Counted from the first letter of the stretch, positions 24,593-37,482 are shown. The stretch is DNA of 64,000 nt from Eledone cirrhosa (GCA_964016885.1 OZ024746.1:78182001-78246000); one strand, 5' to 3'. The notes: generated by a model from the sequence alone, not told the origin. A program made the numbers and translations.

Positions 24593-24688
24593 TTGACTTT
24601 GCCTTTCATCCTTACGGGGTCGATAAAATAAAGTACCAGTAATGCACTGGGTAATTTCTGGCCTTGTGCCTAAAGTAGAAACAATTAT
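24593..24688 (+). mobile_element. SINE family A 3' half inside the mariner relic
   Basis: TTGACTTTGCCTTTCATCCTTACGGGGTCGATAAAATAAAGTACCAG...GTAGAAACAATTAT. Confidence 0.85.
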
Positions 24689-24946
24689 GTAGATTGCGAC
24701 AACAGTGCTAAGAACCATTCTGAAAAGAGCATTCCAGACATGCTTTGAGCAGTGGAAGAATTTCTGGGGTAGGTGTATGAAGACACAAGGGGCCTACTTC
24801 AGGTGTGTGTGTGGGGGGGGGTGCAAATTGAACCTCATCTAGTACGTACCCTTCCCCCATATTCGATGGTCGGATACCTTTTCGACAGATCTCGTATACA
24901 TTTTCTTTTTTTAGAAAAATAAAAAACTATAAATAAAAACAACACA

Positions 24947-24986
<40 letters not shown>

Positions 24987-25002
24987 TATACACACACACA
25001 TG

Positions 25003-25072
<70 letters not shown>

Positions 25073-25670
25073 TACCTATTAAAGAGAATTACTAACACAG
25101 AAAAGCAACCCCCCCTACCCCACTCCCCCAACACCCCCACCCCATCCCACCCCCACATGTATATATTTCTGCAAATTAAAAAAAAAAAGAATATCAATAA
25201 TAATGTTGATGAAATCTGTGTCTTCTGGTTGGCGCTTATTTCCCCGAAATTTCCTAATGGCGTATTCAACTATTTGATTGTTTGATTTATTTAGTTGCTT
25301 TCCTTTTTTGTTTGCTGTTTATTTTAAAATTCATTTCTTTTAATTATTTTTTAATTTATCATAAACATTTTTTTTTTTTTTTTTTTAAACGTGTTCAATT
25401 TTTTTTTTTAATTTAAAAAAAAATATTATTCTTATTTTTTATTTTTTTATATTTTATTTTATTTTATTTTTTTGTTTGTTTATTTATTTATTAAAATGTT
25501 TCGATAATGAATCTCATCTAATAGCCACTGTAATTGGAAGCTATTATCATATTTATCTTTGCAACCAATTATTCATATGGTATGTATGTATGTATGTATG
25601 TATGTATGTATGTATGTATGTATGTATGTATGTATGTATGTATGTATGTATGTATGTATGTATGTATGTA

Positions 25671-25737
<67 letters not shown>

Positions 25738-25830
25738 CTTTATTATTGTTATTATTATTATCATCATTCAATGATTTTCTTTGGTTTTGTTTTTTGTTTT
25801 TGTTTTGTTTTTTTAATTTAATTTAAAAAC

Positions 25831-25861
<31 letters not shown>

Positions 25862-26133
25862 ATGAAAAATCAAAAATTATCAAAAGATTGGGTACCATGG
25901 TTATTATTATTATTATTATTTTCCTTATCAATATTATTGCTATTATCATCATCATCATCATCATTATTATTGGGTGGCTTGAAGGCTTTTAGAGAGACGT
26001 GTGTGTATGTGTATGTGTGTGTTTGTGTATATATGTGTGTGGAGGCTGACTTAAATTGCTTAATGACGGCTCTTGGATTTTAGTTGTAGTAAATGAGTAA
26101 TGATGGCTAATAACGATAAAGGCGATAGTAATG

Positions 26134-26175
<42 letters not shown>

Positions 26176-26711
26176 TTGGCAGCAGCAACAATGATGATGG
26201 TGATGTTGGCAAATGATTTCTTAATGAAATTCGATGATGAGGGTGATGACGACGACGACAACAACAACAACAATAACAATAATAATGATAATAATAATAT
26301 AAGCAGCAACAATAGTGGTGGTGATAATGATGGTGATGTTGGCAAATTACTTCTTAATGAAACTGTATGATAACGATGATGATAACGATGGCGACAACTA
26401 TAATGATAATGATGATGATGATGATGATGATTGTGATAGTAAAACAAGTGTTGATAAATGTATTCTTAATTAGGCTCCAGTCAGGTAGTGTTGCTATACG
26501 TTTGCCCAAGAACAACCAATCACAATTATCCCCTCAGTAGAATATGAAATCAAGACATCTTTTATTTTCTACCAAAGATGTAAAATAGACGCAGTGATAA
26601 GAATCGAAATACGCAAGTTAGCTCTTTACATCCTGTATCACATGAAGCCGCATTAGCAAAACATTCTTGAAAAAGTACAAAAAACAACACTATGACGAGA
26701 TCACATTAAAC

Positions 26712-26983
26712 CAGTCATGGGCAACCTGCGGTCCGGGAAGCTTTCTGAATGGCTCGCCTAAGTCATCCTAGTGAAATCTTTCTGATTTTTTCACCCCAAC
26801 TTTTCATTTTTACGATCAAGGAAAACAACGTGTACGAATTCTGAAGAAACAAATCAAAACAACCTGAGTTACCACCCTTTTCTTTTAATGTGGGCACGAA
26901 TGTAAATTAGCGCTTGCAGCCCCGCCAGATGATGAGCCATATCTCATGCAGCCCGCTTCACGAAAAAAGGTTGCCCATGCTTG
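26712..26983. mobile_element. hAT (Charlie-like) MITE, 272 bp
   Basis: TIRs CAGTCATGGGCAACCT / AGGTTGCCCATGCTTG; 8-bp TSD CATTAAAC / CATTAGAC (7/8). Confidence 0.85.
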
Positions 26984-27122
26984 CATTAGACATTAAAATC
27001 TTGAAAGGATGGTAGATTGGTAGAATTTGTAGCATGTTGGACTAAATGCCATTGTGGTATTTGTTCTGGTTCTTTACATTCTGAATTTAAATCCCGTCAT
27101 GAACTAGAAATCATCACCTTCG

Positions 27123-27422
27123 CCTATGGAAGTACCCACCCCAGCTTATAGAAATTCTTACCTTAACCTATTCAAATATCCACCCTCACTGATAGAAATA
27201 CCCACCCTGGCCTATAGAAATACCCACTCTAGCTTATAGAAATGTTCACCATAACCTATTTAAATACACACCCTAGACTGTTGAAATGCCCACCATACCC
27301 CATAGAAATATCCACCCTAGCCTATAGAAATATCCACCCTAGCCTATAGAAATACCCACCCTAGCCTATAGAAATACCCACCCTATCCTATAGAAATATC
27401 CACGCTAACCTATTGCATAGAA
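27123..27422. repeat. 22-bp minisatellite CTATAGAAATACCCACCCTAGC, about 13 copies
   Basis: Period 22 at 27302/27324/27346. Confidence 0.9.
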
Positions 27423-27798
27423 GTAGCTCTATGTCAACTTGACCAATATTTTGTTCTGGTTAAGAAATCTAAAGTTTTGATCGAAACTTACAGTACCCTG
27501 TGATGTACTCTGTACATACATACATACTTACATACATACATACATAATATGTATATATATACAGCATATGTATCCAGTGTTAAACACACACACACACACA
27601 CACACTTACATATATATATGTGTGTGTGTGTGTGTGCATGTACAGTATTTGTATCTAGTGTTACATATATACACACACACGACCAGAAGTTGTATCTCAT
27701 TTGCTACTTTTTATTGCAAATACACAGGTAGACACACACACACATATATGTATAGATTGTGTACGTGTGTGTGTGTGTGTATATATATGTGTATCCTT

Positions 27799-27893
<95 letters not shown>

Positions 27894-28139
27894 TGGATAT
27901 ATAAATATATGTCTATGTGTATGTATAGATATATACATATTATGTGTGTGTGTATGTGTGTATATATATACTTATATATATATGTGTGTATGTATACGTG
28001 TGCAATATGCAATATATTGAACTAGCAACTAATTCAATTCAAGATTTTTCTCTGTCTTTTATTTCATTATGTCTAATATTTCGGAAATGTTAACGTATTG
28101 GACTCCTCTCTTCTTGGCCACACTGCTGTTTCTGCCATA

Positions 28140-29205
28140 CCATCATACCACCATCTACACAGCCACCCCTCTTACCACAACCACCACCACCACCATCCAC
28201 ACAGCCACCACCGCCAATATCACAACCACCACCACCACCACCATCACAACCACCACCAACACCACAATCACCACCGCCGCCAATACCACAACCACCACCA
28301 CCACCATCACATCACCACCACCACACTCACCACTACCACAACCACCACCATCACCACAACCACCACCACCACAACCACCACCACCACCACACTCACCACT
28401 ACCACAACCACCACCATCACCACAATCACCACCGCCAATACCACAACCACCACCGCCAATACCACAACCACCACCACCACCATCACAACCACCACCATCA
28501 CAACCACCACCAACACCACAATCACCACCGCCGCCAATACCACAACCACCACCACCACCATCACATCACCACCACCACCATCACCACAACCACCACCACC
28601 ATCACCACAACCACCACCACCACCACCACAACCACCACAACCACCACAACCACCACCACCACACTCACCACTACCACAACCATCACCACAATCACCACCG
28701 CCAATACCACAACCACCACCGCCAATACCACAACCACCACCACCACCGCCAATACCACCACCACCACCATCACCACAATCACCAATACCACAACCGCCAC
28801 CATCACAACCACCACCACCACAATTACCACTACCACAACCACCGCCGCCAATACCACAACCACCACCACCATCACAACCACCACCACCACCACACTCACC
28901 ACTACCACAACCACCACCACCATCACCACAATCACCACCTCCAATACCACTACCACCACCACCATCACCACAACCACCACCACCGCCAATACCACAACCA
29001 CCACCACCATCACCACCATCACCACAATCACCACCGCCAATACCACAATCACCACCACCACCGCCAATACCACCACCACCACCATTACCACCATCACCAC
29101 AATCACCACTTCCAATACCACCACCACCACCACCATCACCACAATCACCACCACCGCCAATACCACCACCACCACCATCACCAGCAGCACCATTAACCAG
29201 TACCA
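28140..29205. repeat. (CAC)n-rich low-complexity tract
   Basis: Direct inspection; source of the spurious Pro/His/Thr-rich ORFs. Confidence 0.93.
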
Positions 29206-29380
29206 GCCACCATTGTCATACGATGGTGCATGAAAAGCCATGCGATCTTGCTACTGGAAGTGCACTAAATTAAAGTGTCTGTAACATCTCTGCGATAGTG
29301 CATGTAGCTGGAATGATTGAATTTACCAATGAGAGAATCAAATAAACGAACAGCTACTTCTAATTAAATTTATATTTCAT

Positions 29381-29420
<40 letters not shown>

Positions 29421-29681
29421 TCTTTCTCTCTCGCCCTCTGTCTTTCTCTGCCTATTTCTCTGCTCCTTCTCTCTCTCCTCCTTCTCTCTCCTCCTTCTCG
29501 CTCCCTCTGTCTTTCTCCCTCTCTTTCCCTCTCTCTCTCTCTTTCTCTCCCGATCTCTCCTTTCTCTTTCTCCCTCTCTCTCCTCTCTCTCTCTCTCTCG
29601 CCCTCTCTTTCATTCTCTCTATTTACTTAACTATCTATCACCCCTTCAACTCCTTGCATCCACCTTTCTCTATTTTTTCAC

Positions 29682-29727
<46 letters not shown>

Positions 29728-30036
29728 ATCTTCCCTAGATCCCTTGCATTCAACTCTCTCTTTTTTTTACACCTATCTCTCTCTCTATCCCCCTCTCTAG
29801 ACCCCCCCTCTCATCTATCAATCAATCGATCTGTCTCTCTCTATCTATCAATATGTCTCTCTATCTCTCTATCTCACTGTCTTTGTATCTGTTTATTTGT
29901 CACTCTCTATCATCATTATTGTGAGTTAGTCTGTGGACACACACATACACACACATATATATGTGTGTGTATGTGTGTGTATATATATATATACAATATA
30001 TTAAACAAATGGAAAATATATTTATAAAACCATATT

Positions 30037-30102
30037 TATTTCATTATACATATTTCAAGGGCCACCAGAGCAAACTATGGTGCGCTTTCATCAGATAAAA
30101 TA
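30037..30102 (-). ncRNA. Type I hammerhead ribozyme (family B), left arm
   Basis: Reverse complement of 30234-30299. Confidence 0.65.
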
Positions 30103-30233
30103 TAATATAGGTTAGTTTTATAAATAAATATTGACATACCCTTAAAAAATGCAACCATTATGGAGATTCCAACCAGAATGGTTGCATTTTTTAAGGGTAT
30201 GTCAATATTTATTTATAAAACTAACCTATATTA

Positions 30234-30299
30234 TATTTTATCTGATGAAAGCGCACCATAGTTTGCTCTGGTGGCCCTTGAAATATGTATAATGAAATA
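30234..30299 (+). ncRNA. Type I hammerhead ribozyme (family B), right arm
   Basis: UAUUUUAU CUGAUGA AAG..CACCA..UGGUG..CUU GAAA UAUGUAU A AUGAAAUA; 8-bp stem I, AUA cleavage triplet. Confidence 0.65.
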
Positions 30300-30454
30300 A
30301 ATATGGTTTTATATATATAGTTTCCATTTGTTTAATATATTGTATATTTACTCCAATAATTTGTTGAGTGCTTTATATCAGTTATAAAAATATTTAGCTT
30401 GTTGTATCGCAACAAATTAAATAAAACCTCTACATATATATATATATATATATA

Positions 30455-31257
30455 TATTAGAAAGATCGAGTATCGAAAAATCGGCGCACGAGTTCACGAT
30501 AAACAAAATTCGAAATGAGCGGCAGAGGGCTCAATAATTCAGATGAATCAGAGCTATAACTATCGTTAAAATACCGTCACATATAGAACAAGTCTACAAT
30601 CAACCATACGATAAAAAATCGATAATAGAAGATTCGGGACAAACAGATAAAAAATATCAAAAAAACAATACATCAATAATTTAAATGAATGTAAAATCAT
30701 ACCCGGACCCACTAGAAAGGTGTTAAATCTAGCTTCATGGGTTTCTGTAAATCCTTAGACTGTACTCTATCAGCTCACATATAAATATAAAAGCCTACTA
30801 GAGCAAGAGGAACGGAGTTTACTTTCTCAACGAGCTTTTTTCCTAGCGGAAAAGGGGCTAACTACCAGTGAAAAACGCACATGGCATTAGACAAGGGAGA
30901 TAACCCCTATATCCGCGAAAACTATTCGAGGGAATGTGGAAATACACATATCGAATAAGAGTGCTCAATAGACATGTTAAAATAAAACAAAAGCTATTCA
31001 TCACTCAATAGAATCGACAAAAAATGAGCAATAAAATTAACTGGTGGATAGCTATGTCCAGAGCTAAATATATTAGAAAGATCGAGTATCGAAAAATCGG
31101 CGCACGAGTTCACGATAAACAAAATTCGAAATGAGCGGCAGAGGGCTCAATAATTCAGATGAATCAGAGCTATAACTATCGTTAAAATACCGTCACATAT
31201 AGAACAAGTCTACAATCAACCATACGATAAAAAATCGATAATAGAAGATTCGGGACA

Positions 31258-31261
<4 letters not shown>
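30455..31261. mobile_element. 616-bp unit present 1.3 times (190-bp direct terminal repeats), between (TA)n tracts
   Basis: 30455-30645 matches 31071-31261 with no visible difference; no ORF; CpG retained. Confidence 0.7.
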
Positions 31262-31339
<78 letters not shown>

Positions 31340-31760
31340 GAGAGAGAGATATGTAAAATAAGTAATGATTTAAGGCATATTTTTGCTAAACTCTCACAGC
31401 TGAAGGCTTATCTTGTTTACACAAGAACCCACATATATACACTCATATATATATATGTGTGTGTGTGTGTGTATATATGTATTTAAATGTGTGTGTGATT
31501 ATATGTGTATATAAATGTGTGTGATTATATGTGTATATAAATGTGTGTATATATATATGTGATATAAATGTGTGTGTGTATGTATATATATATATATATA
31601 TGTATGTGTATATGTGTATATATATGTGTGTATATATATATATAGATGTGTGTATATGTGTGAGTGTGTATATATATGTGTATGTGTATATATATGTGTG
31701 TATATATATATATATGTGTGTGTGTGTGTATATATATAGATGTGTGTATATGTGTGAGTG

Positions 31761-31885
<125 letters not shown>

Positions 31886-32104
31886 GTGTTTATATGTAGG
31901 TGAGATGGAATGTCTAGTTGGTATGACGGTAGGAAAACAATAAGCTGGGCTAATAGTTTCTTTTAAGTAGGAATCTGAAAATACCAAAGGTTTAATAAGG
32001 AGAGTAGCAATAATCTTAGAAATCTCAACACAGCTCTTAAGACGAGTAATTCTAGTCACATACTAGTGTTTCTCTCTCTCTCTCTCTCTCTCTCTCCCTC
32101 TCTC

Positions 32105-32148
<44 letters not shown>

Positions 32149-32363
32149 CGTGTGTATGTATTTGTGTTTTTACACAACAAACACACACAATGTGTGTGTA
32201 TATATATATATATATATACATATATATACACACATACATATGTGTTTATATATATGTGTGTAGTGTGTCTGTATGTATATATGTGTGTGTGTGTGTATAT
32301 ATATATATATGTGTATATATATGTATATATATATATATATGTATATGCGTGTGTATATATATA

Positions 32364-32412
<49 letters not shown>

Positions 32413-32467
32413 GCATATATATATGTGTGTGTGTATATAAATATATATTTATATATATATATATATA

Positions 32468-32502
<35 letters not shown>

Positions 32503-32523
32503 CAGATTTAATATAGAAACGTT

Positions 32524-33468
32524 TCCTTCCTCAGTCGACGTTGTCACCCCCACCCTCCTCAGTCGACGTTGTCACCCCTTCCTTCCTCAGTCGACGTTGT
32601 CACCCCCACCCTCCTCAGTCGACGTTGTCACCCCTTCTTTCCTCAGTCGACGTAATCACCCCCACCTTCCTCAGTCGACATTGTCACCCCTTCCTTCATC
32701 AGTCGATATAATCACCCCTTCCTTCATCAGTCGACATTGTCACCCCTTCCTTCATCAGTCGATATAATCACCCCTTCCTTCATCAGTCGACGTTGTCACC
32801 CCTTCCTTCATCAGTCGATATAATCACCCCTTCTTTCCTCAGTCGACGTTGTCACCCCTTCCTTCATCAGTCGATATAATCACCCCTTCCTTCATCAGTC
32901 GACGTTGTCACCCCTTCCTTCATCAGTCGATATAATCACCCCTTCCTTCATCAGTCGACGTTGTCACCCCTTCCTTCATCAGTCGATATAATCACCCCTT
33001 CCTTCATCAGTCGACGTTGTCACCCCTTCCTTCATCAGTCGATATAATCACCCCTTCCTTCATCAGTCGACATTGTCACCCCTTCCTTCATCAGTCGATA
33101 TAATCACCCCTTCCTTCATCAGTCGACGTTGTCACCCCTTCCTTCATCAGTCGATATAATCACCCCTTCCTTCATCAGTCGATATAATCACCCCTTCCTT
33201 CATCAGTCGACGTTGTCACCCCTTCCTTCATCAGTCGATATAATCACCCCTTCTTTCCTCAGTCGACGTTGTCACCTCTTCCTTCCTTCCTTCATCAGTC
33301 GACGTAATCACCCCTTCCTTCCTCAGTCAACATAGTCACCCCATCCTTCCTCGGTCGACATAATCACCCCTTCCTTCCTCGGTCGACGTAATCACCCCTT
33401 CCTTCCTCGGTCGACGTAATCACCCCTTCCTTCTTCAGTCGAGGTCAACCCCTCTTCTTTCCTCAGTC
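32524..33468. repeat. 28-bp minisatellite with alternating A/B units (56-bp higher order), about 34 units
   Basis: CACCCCTTCCTTCATCAGTCGA-CGTTGT alternating with -TATAAT. Confidence 0.95.
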
Positions 33469-33625
33469 ATCTCTAGTGTGTGACAGACAAATACACAAGG
33501 CTTTTATACATATATATGTATATACACGCGCGCGCGCACACACACACACAAGAGTGTGAAGGTTCTTCTGCTGTTATCTGAGTATGTAATCAACTCGTTA
33601 AACAGCAGAATATTTAATCTTTTGG

Positions 33626-33692
<67 letters not shown>

Positions 33693-33864
33693 TATATATA
33701 TATATATTATATATTATATATATAGATATTATATATTATATATACATACAGAGAGAGAGAGAGCTTATGTTGAAATACATTGCATCTGTTCCTGTTGATA
33801 CCTACATTTCATATTGCAAATAGATTGTTCTACGTGTGGGACTGTAGTATATGTCTGTCTGCGA

Positions 33865-34195
33865 AACATGTTATGACCATGTGACTGAAACGTGTGATGT
33901 AAATGCTGTGTTATGATAGTTAGACCAGGTGACTGAGACAAGTGGTGACGCGATGACCATGTGGTGATGTGAAGGCCGTGTGATTGAAACATGTGAAGAT
34001 TAAATGATGTGAAGGCCATATGACTGAAACACGGTGTGAAGACCACATGAGAATGTGAAGGTCATGTGACTGTGACACGTGATAATGTAGAAATTGTTGT
34101 GGAAGTGAGACTGTTGTGTGACTGTGTAACATGTGTAACATGTGATAATGGGAAGGCTATGTGAGTGTGACATGATGATGTGAAATCCACATGAT
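33865..34195. repeat. Degenerate GTGATGTGAAGGCCATGTGACTGAAAC-type minisatellite
   Basis: Direct inspection. Confidence 0.7.
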
Positions 34196-35009
34196 TCCTA
34201 TGCATGCAATTTCAGTATTGAAACTCCCTTTGGAAGTTATTCAGGGTCTGAGAAACAAGCAAGGGAGATAACTCCCATAGTTTTGGCTTATCCAAGTCTT
34301 TTGAAACAATTTGAGAGACACTGCAATGGAAGTAGACGTCAAATCGTTAAATGATGATGATGATGAAGGCGTACCTATGTATGTATGTATGTATGTATGT
34401 ATGTGTGTGTGTGAATGTGTGTATGTATATTACACTTTATGAAATTAACCTTAGTAAGATGTCATAGCAGTTTGAAGAGGAATATTGGCTCCTACTGCTG
34501 TTGGAGAAAATGAAGACTTGGAATGTCTTCCAATAATTTGATGAAAACTTTTTTTTTCTAAGCACAAAGTATAGTCTCTCACCCTCTCCATCATTCTCTT
34601 TCATACACACAAGAAAAAATACCAGCAAAATATGTTTGTTTTTTCGTTTTGTTTTTTGTTCTTTGCTTTTTTCTCCCCGTTTTTTTTTTTTTTTTTTTTT
34701 GCTTTTTTTACCTTTTGAAATGTACTGAATGTGACCGTAGAGCTTAGAGTGAATTTAACATCTACTTGTTACCATAGTAATCAGAAGTACCATTAAGATG
34801 TCTGTGTTTGTGTAAGAATGAATGATAATATAACCCTCTCGCTCTCCCCCTCTCTCTATGTGTGTGTATATATACACACACTCAAATGTATGTGCATTTA
34901 CACTAATACATTTGCTTACATACATTGCACAGCAATAAGTGAAGAAGACTCGTATTTTGTCAATTTAAAACGTTACATCATATACTGAGAACAATTTCAC
35001 CACAACTGA

Positions 35010-35990
35010 CATGTGACCAGCAATTTGGGGGGAGGGGAGGAAGGAGAAGGTCGATTATACCGACCCTAGTATTTTACTGGTACTTTATTTTCTAAACCTG
35101 GTCTTCGAACTCAGAACGTAGACAGTCGTATAACAAAATGTCGCAAAGGATTTTGTCTGCCGCTCAACAAATATTACCAACCCACCGACCTTATGACAAT
35201 TCTTCCTCATATTGGTACAAGGCCAGCAATTTGGAGGTAGGCTGTGGGGGTAGGGTGGGGGGGGGGGGACGAGTCAGTTAAATCGACCCCAGTACTTTAC
35301 TGTTACTTTATTTTACTACTACCCTTAGAATAATAATAATTGTTTCTACTTTAGGCACAAGGCCAGCAATCACCCAGTGCATTACTGGTACTTTATTATA
35401 TCGACCCCGTAAGGATGAAAGGCAGAGTCAACCTCGGCGGGATTTGAACTCAGATCGTAAAGGGACGTAACTATGCTGGAAAGCATGGCGTCCAACCCTC
35501 TACCGATACTGCCAATCCACAATAAGGATTTCTACTATAGGCACAAGGGCAGAAATTTCTATTAAATCGACCCCAGTGCGTTACTGGTACTTTATTTTAT
35601 CGACCCCGTAAAGATGAAAGGCAAAGTTAACCTCGGCGGGATTTGAACTCAGAACGTAAAGAGCGTAACCCTGGATCTTGGATTTTGATGTGGGGGCGAG
35701 GGCTATTCCTTCAAGTGACTGTTGTTTTATTCTGTAAAGGGCCGTAACTCTATGTCGCAAAGCATGTTGCTGCATAATGGTTTCTGATTTAGGCACAAGG
35801 CCGGCAATTTTGGAAGAGGGTGAAGTAGATTAAATCGACCCCAGTGCATTACTGGTGCTTTATTTTATCGCCCAAGTGAGGATGAAAGACAAAGCTAACC
35901 TCGGCTGGATTTGAACTCAGAACGTAAAGGGCCGTAACTCTATCGCAAAGCATGTTGCGGTATAATAGTTTCTGATATAGGCACAAGGCG
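35010..35990 (-). mobile_element. Cluster of 5-6 SINE family A copies or fragments, all on the minus strand
   Basis: Repeated AGGCACAAGGCC...TCGACCCC...AAGGATGAAAGGCA...GGATTTGAACTCAG. Confidence 0.9.
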
Positions 35991-36750
35991 GTGGTGCTGG
36001 TGGTGGTGGAATGGTCTTGTCGTTGGTGGTAATGGTGATGGTAGTTGTTGTTATTGCTGTTAGTGGTATGGGTGTTGTTTATGGTAGTGGTGGTGGTAAT
36101 GGTGGTTGGCGGTAATGGTGTTGTTAATGGTGGTAGTGGTAGTGGGGTGGTTGTCTTGTCGTTGGTGGTAATGGTGATGGTGGTTGTTGTTATTGCTGTT
36201 AGTGGTATGGGTGTTTATGGTAGTGGTGGTGGTAATGGTGGTTGGCGGTAATGGTGTTGTTAATGGTGGTAGTGGTAGTGGAGTGGTTGTCTTGTCGTTG
36301 GTGGTAATGGTGATGGTGGTTGTTGTTATTGCTGTTAGTGGTATGGGTGTTGTTTATGGTAGTGGTGGTGGTAATGGTGGTTGGCGGTAATGGTGGTAGT
36401 GGTGGGCATGGTGTTAGTGTTGTAGTTGCTGTTGATGTTGTTAACGCTCCATGCAAATGAATGCCTTTACAATTGGTGAAACGTCTAAAAAATTACTCTT
36501 TCATTAATTATTAAGAATCCAATCCAAGTTTATTGACTTGTCTCAAGTCGTACTTGCGAAGTTTCCTCCCTTCCCCGCCTCCACGTGTGTCATTAATGAC
36601 ATTGAGAAAGAGGTGCGAGGGGAGGGAAGAGGGAGAGATGGACAAAACAATTTTACATCCTCTTCTCATAAATCTGTCACTATCCATTTCAACAAATATT
36701 GTCCTAAAGTTCTTCTGACCAGCAGGCATATATTAATCAAAAGTGTTCCA

Positions 36751-37036
36751 GATACGACAGGTATTGCTTGGCTGTTCCCCCGTGGCAATGCTTATGCTAG
36801 CTTGTACTCGAGGTACTTCTGAGATATGCCGTCCAGATAATGATATAAAGTTTGTCCACCGTGAGGTGGAGTGGTTGATGCAGCGAGTATTGCTGGCTGT
36901 TCCCCGCGGCAATGCTTTCACCAGCTTGTCATTGCAGTGCAGCTGTCCAGACAAGGATGTAGAGTTTATCCCATAAGGTGAAATGGCTAATGCAGCGGGT
37001 AACGTTGTCTGTTTCTCCTTGTTAATACTTTTGCCG
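36751..37036 (+). repeat. Three diverged ~110-126-bp tandem units with a conserved hairpin
   Basis: Units begin about 36751, 36877 and 36988; shared GTATTGC..GCTGTTCCCC..GCAATGCT and GTCCAGA.AA.GAT.TA.AGTTT. Confidence 0.6.
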
Positions 37037-37229
37037 AAGTTAGCTTTGCCTGTCATCCTTACGGGGTCGATAAATAAAGCACTAGTAATGCACTGGGGTC
37101 GATTTAATTGACTTTCCCCCTTCCCTTCACATTGTTGGCCTTGTGCCTAAAGTAGAAACAATTATATTAAAATATAAAATCTTCGCAGAATTTCGTTTTC
37201 TGCCTCGGCCAATATTTTTATTTTTTTGC

Positions 37230-37482
37230 GGTTGTCCAGCCATAATTTTCTTCTTGAGCTAATCTTAGAGGGTTGCATAGATTCCCGGTTGTCCAGCCAA
37301 GATTTTCTTCTAGAGCACCTCTTAGAGGGCTGCATAAATTCCCGGTTGTCCAGCCAAGTTTTTCTTCTAGAGCACCTCTTAGGCGTTGCACAGATTCCCA
37401 GTTGTCCAGCCAAGATTTTCTTCTAGAGTACCTCTTAGGGGTTGCACAGATTCCCGGTTGTCCAGCCATGATTTACTTCTAG
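37230..37482. repeat. 56-57-bp minisatellite, about 5 copies
   Basis: GTTGTCCAGCC at 37231, 37288, 37345, 37401 and 37457. Confidence 0.9.

Larger units (their letters stand above)
23848..24800 (+). pseudogene. mariner transposase remnant
   Basis: VTGDKTWVY|GYDPEPKTKSLQWK (split by the hAT MITE), KIKVMLTVFFDY, NWRLHHDNVTAH, AFQTCFEQWKNFWGRCMKTQGAYF: mariner catalytic and C-terminal motifs, with stops, frameshifts and deletions. Confidence 0.85.
23696..24894 (+). mobile_element. Degenerate mariner transposon with TIRs and nested insertions
   Basis: TA + GGAGATATGTCGATAAAATATCCGAC (23696-23721) versus GTCGGATACCTTTTCGACAGATCTCG + TA (24869-24894), 21/26 inverted match. Confidence 0.85.
29989..30433. 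mobile_element. Fold-back HHR element (family B): ~170-bp inverted arms plus 3' tail, in (TA)n
   Basis: 29989-30159 is the near-perfect reverse complement of 30177-30347; tail TTTACTCCAATAATTTGTTGAGTGCTTTATATCAGTTAT... shared with 38380-38467 and 61996-62068. Confidence 0.85.

Noticed and set aside
28069-29273. Extensin/mucin-like Pro/His/Thr-rich ORFs (also 5263-5740, 19686-20285, 22186-23079, 51309-51855)
   Set aside because: Translations of (CAC)n, (CAT)n or (GGT)n tracts open in several frames; no splice or domain evidence
30725-30785. Possible HHR on the minus strand of the 616-bp element (CUGAUAGA...GAAAC)
   Set aside because: Core has an extra base, and no UH site or stem I partner could be paired
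32690-33300. CTGATGA on the minus strand of many 28-bp units as hammerhead cores
   Set aside because: No GAAA, stem II or stem III follows
36875-36972. Twister ribozyme call
   Set aside because: Only flanking motifs match; the L4 loop and pseudoknot partners are missing, so it is kept only as an unresolved structured-RNA candidate
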